Part shown: positions 53,286-62,960 of the stretch, piece by piece
How the letters are laid out: the number at the start of each line of letters is the position of its first letter
Numbering within the stretch: the first letter of the stretch is position 1
IMG/VR virus record: IMGVR_UViG_3300032073_000008
Span: 46,318-110,317 of that record
Direction: 5' to 3' (one strand)
Origin: a virus
Length of the DNA stretch: 64,000 nt
Made by a program: the position numbers and the translations under genes
Notes under the pieces: model-generated
Seen by the model: the letters and a program-made list of their open reading frames with translations, nothing else
What the model was told of the DNA's origin: nothing
The model's database searches: none

Positions 53286-53902
53286 TACACTCCATTCCTA
53301 AGAATTGTCTCAACTTCATCACGAATCGTTTCTAAATGTTTAACATCTAATAAAGAGATATCTCTTTTCTTTTCATTTAAATCTATTTCATAATCATATT
53401 TTGTTATACCAGTAGCATTATATTTATATGCTGTTTCAGTAGCATCAAATGTTGTTTTATCAACCACAACACTTCTTTCCTCAATTATTGTTCCGTCAAA
53501 CTTAATTCTTTTCTTGGCTGGGATCTTAACGCCAGATTCATCTACAGCTGTTAAAAAGATTCTGTATTCATGTATTGCACTTTGAGCTGCAGAAATTGAT
53601 CCATATTTTCCAATTATGTAACTTTCAAAATTATCACCAAACAATGGCCAATCAAATACAGCATCCTCTATCTCATTGAAATGCAGAACTAACCACGCAT
53701 AATTTGAATTGCCATAATATTTTTCAGCAATAGTATCTGGTCTGTCTCCGTCTTGTATTCTATAGTCGTAGAAAACTTCAGTTCTGCTTTTTAATTCAGA
53801 ATCGATTTTAAATCTACGCAAAATATTTGTGAGTTCAACAGTATTGCCTTGATTTTTTATATCATGCTTTGTAGTTGGAAAATATGAAAAATAATTTGAC
53901 AT
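53285..53902 (-). CDS. gp53: Baseplate wedge component
   Basis: YFSYFP, IQDGDRPDTIAEKYYG, WLVLHFN, YEIDLNEKKRDI. Confidence 0.92.
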   Translation of the reverse strand: MSNYFSYFPTTKHDIKNQGNTVELTNILRRFKIDSELKSRTEVFYDYRIQDGDRPDTIAEKYYGNSNYAWLVLHFNEIEDAVFDWPLFGDNFESYIIGKYGSISAAQSAIHEYRIFLTAVDESGVKIPAKKRIKFDGTIIEERSVVVDKTTFDATETAYKYNATGITKYDYEIDLNEKKRDISLLDVKHLETIRDEVETILRNGV

Positions 53903-55008
53903 TATTGAGAACCTGATGGAGCTATAGAAATACCTGTTGCATTAGGGTCATCCATATCGCTCTTAGTAATAATTTTTATTTCTTGGAAGTTTAGTGTTAT
54001 TTCTATTGACACTGGTGCACCAGTATCTTCAAAGAACAACGGTAAACCTTGTGCGTTGTAATTAACTTCCATCCCTTTTAAAACAGATTTACCAATACTG
54101 TAAAGATTTGATGAGATAGCATCAGCAAAATTTATTTGAAACTCATCAGGATAACTGAACGCAATGTTTCCAGCAAAGTAATCTGGATGCATATGATATT
54201 TAAATGTATTAATAATTGTTTTTATCTGATCAGACTCTTGAGGATTTCTGGCAACAAATTTATAAGAGAATGAATGCTCTCTAAATCCAACACCCTTAAA
54301 TAATACAGCCATATGTGGATTTAATGCCAGCCCTTCTTTCTTGCCTATTGCTTGGGCAGTAGCAGCACCAGTTATGCCTGCAGCCAATGCACCAGCAGCA
54401 CCGCCAAGACTTCCAGCTGCAGCAGTTGCAGCTGCAGCTGCACCTATGCCTGCTGCTTCTTTCAATGAATCGCCTTCACCCCCAGTCAATTCACTTTTCA
54501 GTCCTTGTATTTTTTGTGATATTAAAGCACCAATATCTTTTCCTGCACCTTCAGTATCTAAACCACCAGTTATGAATGCACCAAATTGACCAAGATCAGC
54601 ATTCTCATAATCAGCACCATATGAAACACCAAGATTAGATGGGACTGGCAATATAATATTTCTTGTTACTGTTGTTGTTGGTGCGACAGAACGATCAGCA
54701 CGGTCAGTTTCTACAACACTGAATATCATATAATGATCATTGTCAAGAGTAGATGGAAAAATTAATTGATCTTTTATTTTTGGATTATTGAATAGTGGTG
54801 CTAATGGACTCTTAACTAAATTGCCAGAAATTTTCTTTTGAATAATCTCATTAAAATTAGCATTAATAGATATACCATTCTTTCCAATTGATATACCAAA
54901 TGAACCTTTACCTGCAGCACCAGCAAAATCTTCTAGTGCACCTTGTGCTTGTGCTACAACATCTTTGCCTGCTGAAGTTATGACTTGTTTTAGATTAATC
55001 TTTGGCAT
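53902..55008 (-). CDS. gp48: Baseplate tail-tube cap
   Basis: ILPVP, NPHMAVLFKGVGFREHSFSYKF, YPDEF, LNFQEI; likely start MPKINL at 55008. Confidence 0.82.
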   Translation of the reverse strand: MPKINLKQVITSAGKDVVAQAQGALEDFAGAAGKGSFGISIGKNGISINANFNEIIQKKISGNLVKSPLAPLFNNPKIKDQLIFPSTLDNDHYMIFSVVETDRADRSVAPTTTVTRNIILPVPSNLGVSYGADYENADLGQFGAFITGGLDTEGAGKDIGALISQKIQGLKSELTGGEGDSLKEAAGIGAAAAATAAAGSLGGAAGALAAGITGAATAQAIGKKEGLALNPHMAVLFKGVGFREHSFSYKFVARNPQESDQIKTIINTFKYHMHPDYFAGNIAFSYPDEFQINFADAISSNLYSIGKSVLKGMEVNYNAQGLPLFFEDTGAPVSIEITLNFQEIKIITKSDMDDPNATGISIAPSGSQ

Positions 55009-55020
55009 TCTATCTACCTT

Positions 55021-55058
55021 TATAAATATGCGCAAGTGTAGTGATAACTCTATTTATA
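55021..55058. promoter_or_regulatory. Pair of face-to-face late promoters
   Basis: TATAAATA on + at 55021-55028 (for gp4) and on - at 55051-55058 (for gp48). Confidence 0.75.
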
Positions 55059-55067
55059 AGGCAAAAT

Positions 55068-55502
55068 ATGGCTCAATTTTATAAAGGTAAGTATCAATGC
55101 AAATTTCCTGAGAAATATAAAGGTGATTCAAGTGACATTACCTATAGATCTTCTTGGGAATTAAATTGCATGTCATACTTTGACAAAAATCCAGATATAA
55201 TATGGTGGGCTTCAGAGCCTTTTCCTATTGGATATCGTTCTCCGATTGATGGAAGGAAACACAGATACTTCGTTGACTTTGTGATAAAAACAAAAAACAA
55301 TGAAACAATAATGATTGAAGTCAAACCTCACGCTCAAACCCATGCACCAAAGTCTCAAAAAAGAATGACAAAAAAATATTTAAATGAAGTTAAGACTTGG
55401 GGTGTCAATCAAGCTAAGTGGGAAGCAGCAATAGAATACTGTAAAGATAGAAATTGGAAATTTCAGATATTAACTGAAAAAGAATTGTATAAGAAGTCCT
55501 AA
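55068..55502 (+). CDS. gp4: Head completion nuclease
   Basis: PEKYKGD, YRSSWE, WASE, RYFVDF, IEVKP, VNQAKWEAA. Confidence 0.93.
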   Translation: MAQFYKGKYQCKFPEKYKGDSSDITYRSSWELNCMSYFDKNPDIIWWASEPFPIGYRSPIDGRKHRYFVDFVIKTKNNETIMIEVKPHAQTHAPKSQKRMTKKYLNEVKTWGVNQAKWEAAIEYCKDRNWKFQILTEKELYKKS

Positions 55503-55546
55503 ATAGATATTGTTATAAAGGTCACACAACAAAAAAGGATTAAATC

Positions 55547-56137
55547 ATCGCTTCAATATTTGACGACATGTTACTTCGTGGTGTTCGTTTAGGGCAGATA
55601 CCTGCACGCACACAAGCTGCAAGAGAATGGTATCGAGACAAAGCACGAAATGTTAGGAGTGCTGCAGCATATCCAGCAAACATACTTTCTGATATGGATA
55701 AATCAAAGCGTGTCCTTACTGGTCGTATGTATCATTTCAGATATGATCCAAAAGGAGCAAAGACTCTCCCATACTATGACGCATTTCCATTAATCTTTAT
55801 GGTTGGACCAGCATCTGGTGGATTTTATGGTATTAATCTACATTACCTTCCACCGCAATTGCGTGCAAAGTTAATGGATGCATTGTATGATATAACAAAT
55901 AATAAGAGATATGATCAGAGTACAAAGTTGAGAATCTCTTATGATGTACTAAATAGTGCTTCTAAATTTAAGTTTTTTAAACCGACTTTCAAGCATTATC
56001 TTTCAAGTCAAGTGAAGTCTGATTTTGTTCAAATAAATTCTACTGAATGGGATACAGCATTATTTTTACCAACTGAAAGATTTAAGAAAGCTAAGAAGTC
56101 GAAAGTATTCGCAGATAGCCGAAGGATGTTAAAATAA
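55547..56137 (+). CDS. gp2: DNA end protector protein
   Basis: YDPKGAKTLPYYDAFPL, GINLHYLP, FKHYL, ALFLPTERF; first ATG at 55568, possible ATC start at 55547. Confidence 0.88.
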   Translation: MASIFDDMLLRGVRLGQIPARTQAAREWYRDKARNVRSAAAYPANILSDMDKSKRVLTGRMYHFRYDPKGAKTLPYYDAFPLIFMVGPASGGFYGINLHYLPPQLRAKLMDALYDITNNKRYDQSTKLRISYDVLNSASKFKFFKPTFKHYLSSQVKSDFVQINSTEWDTALFLPTERFKKAKKSKVFADSRRMLK

Positions 56138-56895
56138 TGGGTTTTAATGTTAATGACATTTCCTCTAGTTTCAGTAAGGCAGGTGTCGCCAAAGCATCAC
56201 ATTTTGACATTTATATTCATGGTAATGGTGAACAAGATGTTGAAAGAGACATGCAATATAGAGCAGATGCTACTGAACTTCCTGGACGGAGCATAACAAC
56301 TGTAGAACATTCTTTTAACAATTATGGACCAATTAACAAAGTGGCATATGGACAAGCATATGCAGATATTGCTATTTCTTTTGTTTTAAGCGAAGACTTG
56401 AGAGAAAAGGAATATTTTGAGATATGGCAAGATTCTATGGTCAACACTGGTGCGTTTAATCCAAGTGGTGTTGCTCGAGAAAGATCTGCTATGAACAGTT
56501 ACAATGTAAGATATTTTGACAACTATACGAAAACAATAGTTATAAGACAATACGGATCTGCTGGCAATTTAAGATCAATACACACATTGAATGAAGCATA
56601 CCCAATAATTATAAATCCAATTGCTATGGCTTGGGGTGAAGAATCAATTATGCGCATGAATGTGACATTCGCATATAGAAACTATCAGTGTATATTTAAT
56701 AAGTCTGATCAGCCAACAAAAGGATTCGGTGGAAGTCTCAGAATAGACCGTGATGGAATTTCAGGTAGTTTGTCACTTCCAGGACTTGGTAATATTAATG
56801 CATCAATTAAAAAAGGCAAAGCAAAAATTGACAGTATTAATGCGCAGGTTCGTGGAGTTAAAAACAAAGTTGCAGTGATAAGAAGTTTATTTTAA
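56137..56895 (+). CDS. Tail tube initiator / gp54-like protein
   Basis: ELPGRSI, YFEIWQD, LNEAYP, VTFAYR: tube-fold motifs; between gp2 and gp26. Confidence 0.7.
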   Translation: MGFNVNDISSSFSKAGVAKASHFDIYIHGNGEQDVERDMQYRADATELPGRSITTVEHSFNNYGPINKVAYGQAYADIAISFVLSEDLREKEYFEIWQDSMVNTGAFNPSGVARERSAMNSYNVRYFDNYTKTIVIRQYGSAGNLRSIHTLNEAYPIIINPIAMAWGEESIMRMNVTFAYRNYQCIFNKSDQPTKGFGGSLRIDRDGISGSLSLPGLGNINASIKKGKAKIDSINAQVRGVKNKVAVIRSLF

Positions 56896-56919
56896 ATTAT
56901 TCTATATTAGGAGAATATA

Positions 56920-57621
56920 ATGAATTTACCCCAGTTAACATCGCCAGAGTTTGTTACGGAAATACCGTCAACTGGTAAAGAAATAAAATATAGACCTTTT
57001 TTGGTCAAAGAAGAAAAGATTCTTCTTATGGCTTTGGAAGGTGGTGATGATAAAGAAATATCAAGAGCTATAATGAATATCCTCTCATCATGTATCATTG
57101 ATGATGTAGACTTAAATTCTCTAGCAACATTTGATATAGAATATCTTTTTTTGAAACTGAGAGCGAAGTCTGTCGGTGAAGTTATTGAGTTAGTGTTATC
57201 ACACCCTAAAAAAGACACAGAGTGTGATCATAAAACTGAAGTTCATATCAATATAGATGACATTAAGGTTATTGGTGACATAAGTGATGGTAAGATACAA
57301 ATAAATGACAGCATAGGTTTAAAATTAAGATATGCTGGGTTGAAAGATATTGATGATGTAAATGGAACAGACACAGATCAATTATACGATGTTGTTGTCA
57401 ACTGCGTTGAATACATTTATGATACTGAAAATGTATATGATGATTTCACCAAAGACGAGATGTCTGAATGGCTTGGTCAATTGAGCACATCACAATTTAA
57501 AAAGATAACTGATTTCTTTGAGAACGCACCAAAATTATCACATGTTGTTGAATGGACATGTCCAAAGTGCGGTAAGAAAGAAAGAATAGTGTTGGAGGGT
57601 CTCCAAAGTTTTTTTACATAA
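56920..57621 (+). CDS. gp26: Baseplate hub assembly protein
   Basis: IKYRPFLVKEEKILLMA, FDIEYLFLKLRAKSVGE, CPKC, LEGLQSFF. Confidence 0.92.
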   Translation: MNLPQLTSPEFVTEIPSTGKEIKYRPFLVKEEKILLMALEGGDDKEISRAIMNILSSCIIDDVDLNSLATFDIEYLFLKLRAKSVGEVIELVLSHPKKDTECDHKTEVHINIDDIKVIGDISDGKIQINDSIGLKLRYAGLKDIDDVNGTDTDQLYDVVVNCVEYIYDTENVYDDFTKDEMSEWLGQLSTSQFKKITDFFENAPKLSHVVEWTCPKCGKKERIVLEGLQSFFT

Positions 57622-57623
57622 GC

Positions 57624-57800
57624 ATGGTACATGACTCATTAGCAAATATGTACCAGCTGAACTTTGCTTTGATACAACATCACAAGTATAGTTTAACTGA
57701 ACTTGATAATATGATTCCATTTGAAAGAGAAATATATGTAACACTATTGAAGAACCATCTTGATGAAGAGGAAGAAAGAATAAGAAACCAAAAACAATAA
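57624..57800 (+). CDS. gp51: Baseplate hub assembly catalyst
   Basis: MVHDSLANMYQLNFALIQHHKYSLTELDNMIPFEREIYVTLL...; manual translation, missing from the ORF track. Confidence 0.85.
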   Translation: MVHDSLANMYQLNFALIQHHKYSLTELDNMIPFEREIYVTLLKNHLDEEEERIRNQKQ

Positions 57801-57812
57801 TAAGAGGTTATA

Positions 57813-58142
57813 ATGTCAGAAGAAGAAAAGGGTCAAGTATTCCATCCAGCAGATACAAATGGTGATGGCAAAGTCAGTGCAGAAGAAGAAGCAATGTACT
57901 TAGAGTTTAAACGAAAAGAACTTGAAGATGCAGATGCTATGCGTGATGCACAGCGTAACATGACATGGTTCGCACTTGGTGGATTATTATTATATCCATT
58001 CGCTGTAGTAGTTGCTTCTCTTGTCGGTTTGGATCAAGCTCAAAAAACATTAGGTGACATGGCTCCAACATACTTTGTAGCTGTTGCTGGTATTGTAGCT
58101 GCATTCTTTGGATCACAAGCACTAGGAACTAAGAAGAAATAG
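57813..58142 (+). CDS. Small membrane protein with EF-hand-like loop
   Basis: DTNGDGKVSAEE followed by two hydrophobic helices; SD GAGG. Confidence 0.65.
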   Translation: MSEEEKGQVFHPADTNGDGKVSAEEEAMYLEFKRKELEDADAMRDAQRNMTWFALGGLLLYPFAVVVASLVGLDQAQKTLGDMAPTYFVAVAGIVAAFFGSQALGTKKK

Positions 58143-58150
58143 GTTAAATC

Positions 58151-60157
58151 ATGGCTGAAGAAACTAATCTACCAACAATTGCAGGTGATACTCTAAAATC
58201 TACGACTGCTGCGAATAGAGCTGCAGCGAAACAATCTAAAGCATTAACCAAACAAATAGCATTTATGAATATAGGTGCTGGGATGTTGAACAATGCAAGC
58301 ATATCGTTAGACAAATATGCTAAAGGTGAGCAGAGAATGAATCCTTTGAGAAAAATCAAGGATATTTTTCACACATCAGATATGAGACAACAAGCTCTCC
58401 AGAAGAAACAACAACAGCAAATTGCAGAAAGATTAGGAATATCACGAGAAGAACTTCTTCACTTACAGAAGAAAAAAGAGCTGACCGAAGCTGAACAAAA
58501 AGTTGCTGATGAGTTTAGAGAAAATGCAGCAAAGTATGGGATAAATCTGGAAGGTGTTAAGACCAGCTTTAATGAAATGGGTCAGTTGATTATTACTGAT
58601 AGCAATAATAAAGCTCTGTCCCTTGAAGAAACTCTCGGTAAAACAAATGCTGCATCACTAAGAGAAATGAAAAGAAATGCAGATGCTGCTGAGGAACAAG
58701 CAGGAGATGATAGAGCAAACTCTTTCTTAGCAAAAATTGCTGATGGATTAACTGGCGGTAGACTGAGTGAAATAGAAAACAACAGAGAAAGATCTAGAGC
58801 AGAGCAAAAAACAGCAGAAATTTTCAATTCAATGGTTGATGGGTTAGTTGGTATAGAAACAGCATTGAAAGATGGGTTTGGCGATTTACTTGATAAAGCA
58901 GCAGAGAAAGGTGGCAAGGGAATTGGCATAGGACTTGGATTACTTGCTGCACCGATTGCATTGAGCGTTGGATTATTACAGGGATTGGCTGAGTCACTTA
59001 GTAAGTTAGCTAAGATAGTGAAAACAATGGTTGTCAAACCATTCCAACTACTAGGTCAATTAATACTGAAGATTGGACGGTTTATTGATCCAGTAAACAT
59101 GGAAAAAGCAGGCAGAGCTATCGGTCGATTTACAACTAAGACCGCTGATATATTTAAGAAATTAACCGCTCCTCTTAAAAATGCTTCAGCTGCATTTAAA
59201 GCAGGCTTTGCTGGTTTGAGTGTTTTTAGAACAACGACTGGACAGTTCGGAAGACTTGGATTTTTTGGTAAGGTTGGTTCTGTTCTTGCTACTGCTATTG
59301 ATAAATTGAAAGGTATTGGTGCAAAAATAAAAGGCTTCTTCCAACCAGTTGGAAGGTTGGGCACATTCTTTCAATCTATCGGCAAAGCATTCACACCGAT
59401 TGTTAAAACAGTTTCATTTCTCGGAAGAACTATTGGTAAAGCATTCTTACCACTAACGATAATCCTTACTGCATTTGATGGCATAAAGGGAGCAATAGAA
59501 GGTTTTAACACTGGTGGAATTATTGGCGGTATCGTGGGTGCTTTCAAAGGAATTGTAGATGGATTGATATATAAACCACTCGATCTCCTCAAAGATTTTG
59601 TTAGTTGGATTGCTGGAAAACTTGGGTTTGAACAGTTTTCTGAATTCTTAGATAGTTTTGATATTAGTTTTGATTCGGTTTTTGGTAAAATTGGAGAGAT
59701 CATCGATAGTATAAAAGAGGGAATATCTGGATTTGTCAGTAGAGCAAAAGATGGATTCTTGAACTTCTTTGGATTTGGTGGTGATGATGATGTTGATGTT
59801 GAACCACCTACACTTGATAATGTTAACACTGGTCCAAAGATAACTAGCTCTGCTGATCTACAAGCATTTCTTGACAACATGTCAGAGGGAGATCAAGAGT
59901 TTGATGAGAATAATCCTGAGATTGCTGCAGCAAGAGAACAAATGTTTAAGAATCTGGATGCGATGGATGGTGCTGAGATTAATGCTAGATCACAAACAGC
60001 TGCATCATCACAAAACATTGTTACAGTAGTTGCACCACAAACATCTAATGTAGTGCAAACATCACAAAACATGAACCAGACTGTAGCTGTCCCAGTTTCT
60101 CCAACTCCTAGTGTATCCACTAGAAACTCTGGAAGATCTCGAAGAAGAAACAGATAG
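58151..60157 (+). CDS. Putative tape-measure / gp29-like protein
   Basis: 668 aa, helical coiled N-terminus, long G/A/F-rich amphipathic region, located after gp26 and gp51. Confidence 0.6.
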   Translation: MAEETNLPTIAGDTLKSTTAANRAAAKQSKALTKQIAFMNIGAGMLNNASISLDKYAKGEQRMNPLRKIKDIFHTSDMRQQALQKKQQQQIAERLGISREELLHLQKKKELTEAEQKVADEFRENAAKYGINLEGVKTSFNEMGQLIITDSNNKALSLEETLGKTNAASLREMKRNADAAEEQAGDDRANSFLAKIADGLTGGRLSEIENNRERSRAEQKTAEIFNSMVDGLVGIETALKDGFGDLLDKAAEKGGKGIGIGLGLLAAPIALSVGLLQGLAESLSKLAKIVKTMVVKPFQLLGQLILKIGRFIDPVNMEKAGRAIGRFTTKTADIFKKLTAPLKNASAAFKAGFAGLSVFRTTTGQFGRLGFFGKVGSVLATAIDKLKGIGAKIKGFFQPVGRLGTFFQSIGKAFTPIVKTVSFLGRTIGKAFLPLTIILTAFDGIKGAIEGFNTGGIIGGIVGAFKGIVDGLIYKPLDLLKDFVSWIAGKLGFEQFSEFLDSFDISFDSVFGKIGEIIDSIKEGISGFVSRAKDGFLNFFGFGGDDDVDVEPPTLDNVNTGPKITSSADLQAFLDNMSEGDQEFDENNPEIAAAREQMFKNLDAMDGAEINARSQTAASSQNIVTVVAPQTSNVVQTSQNMNQTVAVPVSPTPSVSTRNSGRSRRRNR

Positions 60158-60161
60158 ATAT

Positions 60162-60187
60162 AAAAAAGGGGACTTTGCAAGTCCCCT
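60162..60187 (-). terminator. Intrinsic terminator downstream of gp32
   Basis: AGGGGACTT-GCA-AAGTCCCCT then a T run on the minus strand, at the convergence with the + operon. Confidence 0.8.
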
Positions 60188-60312
60188 GAAAACTTATCCT
60201 CTCCACATTCATAGTAGCTATCTCTACAAACGCTTCCCAGTTAGCACGCTGACATTCGTGTTAGGAATGATATATCGCGAGTATACCATTTTAAGTTTTT
60301 ACTCCTTAGTTA

Positions 60313-61215
60313 TTAGTCTTCTTCAGCTAATTTTTCAAAGAAAGATAAAGAGTCATCTTCATCCGCAGATGCTACAGCTGTCGGCTCTTGTGGAGCTTCC
60401 ATGACTGGTGCAGCTTTGGGTGCTTCAAACGGTGTGTCATCCATAGCACTTGCTGTTGGAGCAGGTGCACCAGTTAGACCTAACACACGCTTCATCTTTG
60501 CTTCTAATTCAGCATAAGACTTGAAGTTCTTGCGATCAAGAAATGCTTGTAAAGAGTATAAACCTTCATACACTTTTTCAAGAGCATCATCATCGCCATC
60601 AAGCAATTCACTGGCTGAATCAAACTCAGATTTATCATAGTTGCGATATCCTTCAACTTGACGAATCTTTAATTTAAAGTCAGCACCTTCCCAGAAATCA
60701 AATGGGTTGATTGCTTGCTCATCTTCAAAAGCTGGATTCATAGCTTCATTCAGCTTATCAAAGATTTTCTTACCAAACTTATAAAGGAAAACTTTTCCTT
60801 CATTAGCAGGGTTTGCTGGATCCTTAACAACCATGATGTTAGCAGTATAAGACAATCGTCTTTTCTGCTTTCGTGCTTGTTCTTTACCAGCATCAGTGCC
60901 GTTGTTCCAAAGCTGAGAGTTGAACTCACCAACTGGATCTTTTTCACCGATAGTTGTTAAAGAGTTTTCGATGTACCAACCGCCAGTACCTTGAAAGCCA
61001 TGATCAAAGATACGAACCCATGGAAGATCTTCGCCTTTTGGCTCTGGTAAAAAACGGATAACAGCATAACCATTACCAGCTTTGTCGACTTCTGGTTTCC
61101 AGAAACGATCATCACCTTTAGATTGAGTATTGCTGTTTAGTTTAGAAGACTCGCTGATCAGTTTATCAAGTGAACCGCTACGAGATTTTTTGAGTGTTGC
61201 AAATGAACTAGCCAT
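60313..61215 (-). CDS. gp32: Single-stranded DNA-binding protein
   Basis: DDRFWKP, GNGYAVIRFLP, WYIENSLTT, FGKKIFDK, NYDKSEF, acidic tail. Confidence 0.97.
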   Translation of the reverse strand: MASSFATLKKSRSGSLDKLISESSKLNSNTQSKGDDRFWKPEVDKAGNGYAVIRFLPEPKGEDLPWVRIFDHGFQGTGGWYIENSLTTIGEKDPVGEFNSQLWNNGTDAGKEQARKQKRRLSYTANIMVVKDPANPANEGKVFLYKFGKKIFDKLNEAMNPAFEDEQAINPFDFWEGADFKLKIRQVEGYRNYDKSEFDSASELLDGDDDALEKVYEGLYSLQAFLDRKNFKSYAELEAKMKRVLGLTGAPAPTASAMDDTPFEAPKAAPVMEAPQEPTAVASADEDDSLSFFEKLAEED

Positions 61216-61293
61216 ATATTTTTCCTTTGTATTTACGATGTATTTTAATATTGCGTTTTATCCAAGCAATCATAATCTTCCTGATTGTTTAAC

Positions 61294-61322
61294 ATTATAT
61301 AATATAAAGAGGATAATGTCAA
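61294..61322 (-). promoter_or_regulatory. Consensus sigma70 promoter for gp32 (late TATAAATA also at 61337-61344)
   Basis: TTGACA-17 nt-TATAAT. Confidence 0.8.
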
Positions 61323-61353
61323 CCCCTTTATCAGTTTATTTATAAGAAACAAA

Positions 61354-61989
61354 CTAATATATTTTCAGCACAATAGACTTTAATTTCTTATTGTCTATTG
61401 GTGAAAATTCTCTTATGAATGGAGTATAATTTTTGATAAGTTTTATTGTCTCATTTAAAACAATATCATCATACTTCTTCCATTGTTGTGTATAGTTAAG
61501 TAACTGGTCTAATAGAACCAATGTTTCTAAACTAATTTTATTCTGTGCATAATGGCGATAGAGTATTGGGTGTGATCCGTCTTTCATTACAAACAACTCA
61601 TCAAATGATTCTTCGACATTATAAAGATAATCTATTTCTTCAGAGAACATGTATGAGAGTGTTTCTATTTTCCTATTCCATTCACCTATCATTCCATAAT
61701 AGTCAGCACCAAACATATTTCCAATCCATGGCTTAGAGCCAGATGTATAGTGTGCGACCAAAAACTTTAAAAACTTTTTCTGCGAAAACTTCCTAGATGC
61801 TTTCTCAAAGAAATACTTATCTTTGCGAGAGATGTATGAAGTTTCATTTGCTCTTACTTGACCATTGTATTTAAAATAATCATAAGAGTCTCTTGTAAAA
61901 TGTTGCTGTACTGCTAAGTAAGTTTTGTAACAATCAAATCCAGACATATTCGGTTTATCATCTTCCATATTAAAGTGGTAATCTTGCAC
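61354..61989 (-). CDS. gp59: Helicase loader
   Basis: YKTYLAVQQHFT, YDYFKYNG, RKDKYFFEK, ISLETLVLLD; upstream of gp32. Confidence 0.88.
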   Translation of the reverse strand: MQDYHFNMEDDKPNMSGFDCYKTYLAVQQHFTRDSYDYFKYNGQVRANETSYISRKDKYFFEKASRKFSQKKFLKFLVAHYTSGSKPWIGNMFGADYYGMIGEWNRKIETLSYMFSEEIDYLYNVEESFDELFVMKDGSHPILYRHYAQNKISLETLVLLDQLLNYTQQWKKYDDIVLNETIKLIKNYTPFIREFSPIDNKKLKSIVLKIY

Positions 61990-62203
61990 CTTTTGCTAAG
62001 AAGTTTAGATCTTGAGCTTCAACCTCTAACTTACCTTTAATTGTTGTATTGACCAACTTTGCTGCAATCTCAATCTCTAACCCATTTTTCTCACAATACC
62101 ATATAATAGCATCAAGATATGATATTCTTTTTTCAATAACAGTTTTCTCTATGATAGCTGAAAACTTTGATGTTGACATAACTTCAACCATTATTTCTCC
62201 CAC
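61970..62203 (-). CDS. gp33: Late transcription coactivator
   Basis: FSAIIE...YLDAIIWYCEKN...IKGKLEVEAQDLNFL. Confidence 0.88.
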   Translation of the reverse strand: MGEIMVEVMSTSKFSAIIEKTVIEKRISYLDAIIWYCEKNGLEIEIAAKLVNTTIKGKLEVEAQDLNFLAKGARLPL

Positions 62204-62736
62204 CTATAAAAAATGTGATCCTCGATCTCAATCGTTTTAGTTTTAGTTGCAGCCCAATCAGGTAAAACATAATCTGCATGATAGTGGGTAGCTCCCTCTG
62301 TGATATCTATTATACTACTATTTGACACATATGTCAACATTAATGTTTTTATTTTGTTAAATGTTTTCCAATCAAAAATGGTATCTGTCTTGCCATCACA
62401 CCACCAAGAAAACTGACATTTGTTTCTTATGGGGACATTAGAACCATCTCTCCAACTTTTTTTATAAAGGCTCTGTGTAACAACTTCCTTTATTGTATTT
62501 GGGAAACGATGATCACCCACTCTATTCAATGTTACTTGAGCAACAGCAATCTGTCCTGCTATACCTTGATTCCTCGCCTCAAAATAAACATTCTTTGCGA
62601 GCCATGTAACTTCATGGTCATCAACCTCTTCAGCAGTTACTGATTCTGGATATATTAAAATAAAAAGAAGAATTAAATTCATTAAAAATAAAATAAGAAA
62701 CATCACAAAATTTTTCATAATTAAACTCACCACCAT
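62191..62736 (-). CDS. Cell wall hydrolase, SleB / Hydrolase_2 family, with N-terminal membrane anchor
   Basis: LAKNVYFEARNQ, VTLNRV, CQFSW, GATHYHADYVLPDW, HIFY. Confidence 0.9.
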   Translation of the reverse strand: MVVSLIMKNFVMFLILFLMNLILLFILIYPESVTAEEVDDHEVTWLAKNVYFEARNQGIAGQIAVAQVTLNRVGDHRFPNTIKEVVTQSLYKKSWRDGSNVPIRNKCQFSWWCDGKTDTIFDWKTFNKIKTLMLTYVSNSSIIDITEGATHYHADYVLPDWAATKTKTIEIEDHIFYRWEK

Positions 62737-62960
62737 TCATCATTAGTAATACATTCAATCCACATATGCGCAGAGTTGAAGTCTGAAAAAAATCTCAACT
62801 CTGTTTCATCTAAGAAAGGGTGTATAGCAAATACCATAACTTGATCTTGTCCGAGTGTTGATATTTTTATACCCCAACCATTGACAATGAGCATATCAAA
62901 AGAGCGAAATGAATCGCTTTCTATTCGTTTTTGATCATCCCATTTACTCAATATTATCAT
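62727..62960 (-). CDS. Hypothetical protein
   Basis: 77-aa ORF coupled to its neighbours. Confidence 0.5.
   Translation of the reverse strand: MIILSKWDDQKRIESDSFRSFDMLIVNGWGIKISTLGQDQVMVFAIHPFLDETELRFFSDFNSAHMWIECITNDEWW

Noticed and set aside
57538-57744. 68-aa minus-strand ORF
   Set aside because: The real gene here is gp51 on the + strand (57624-57800).
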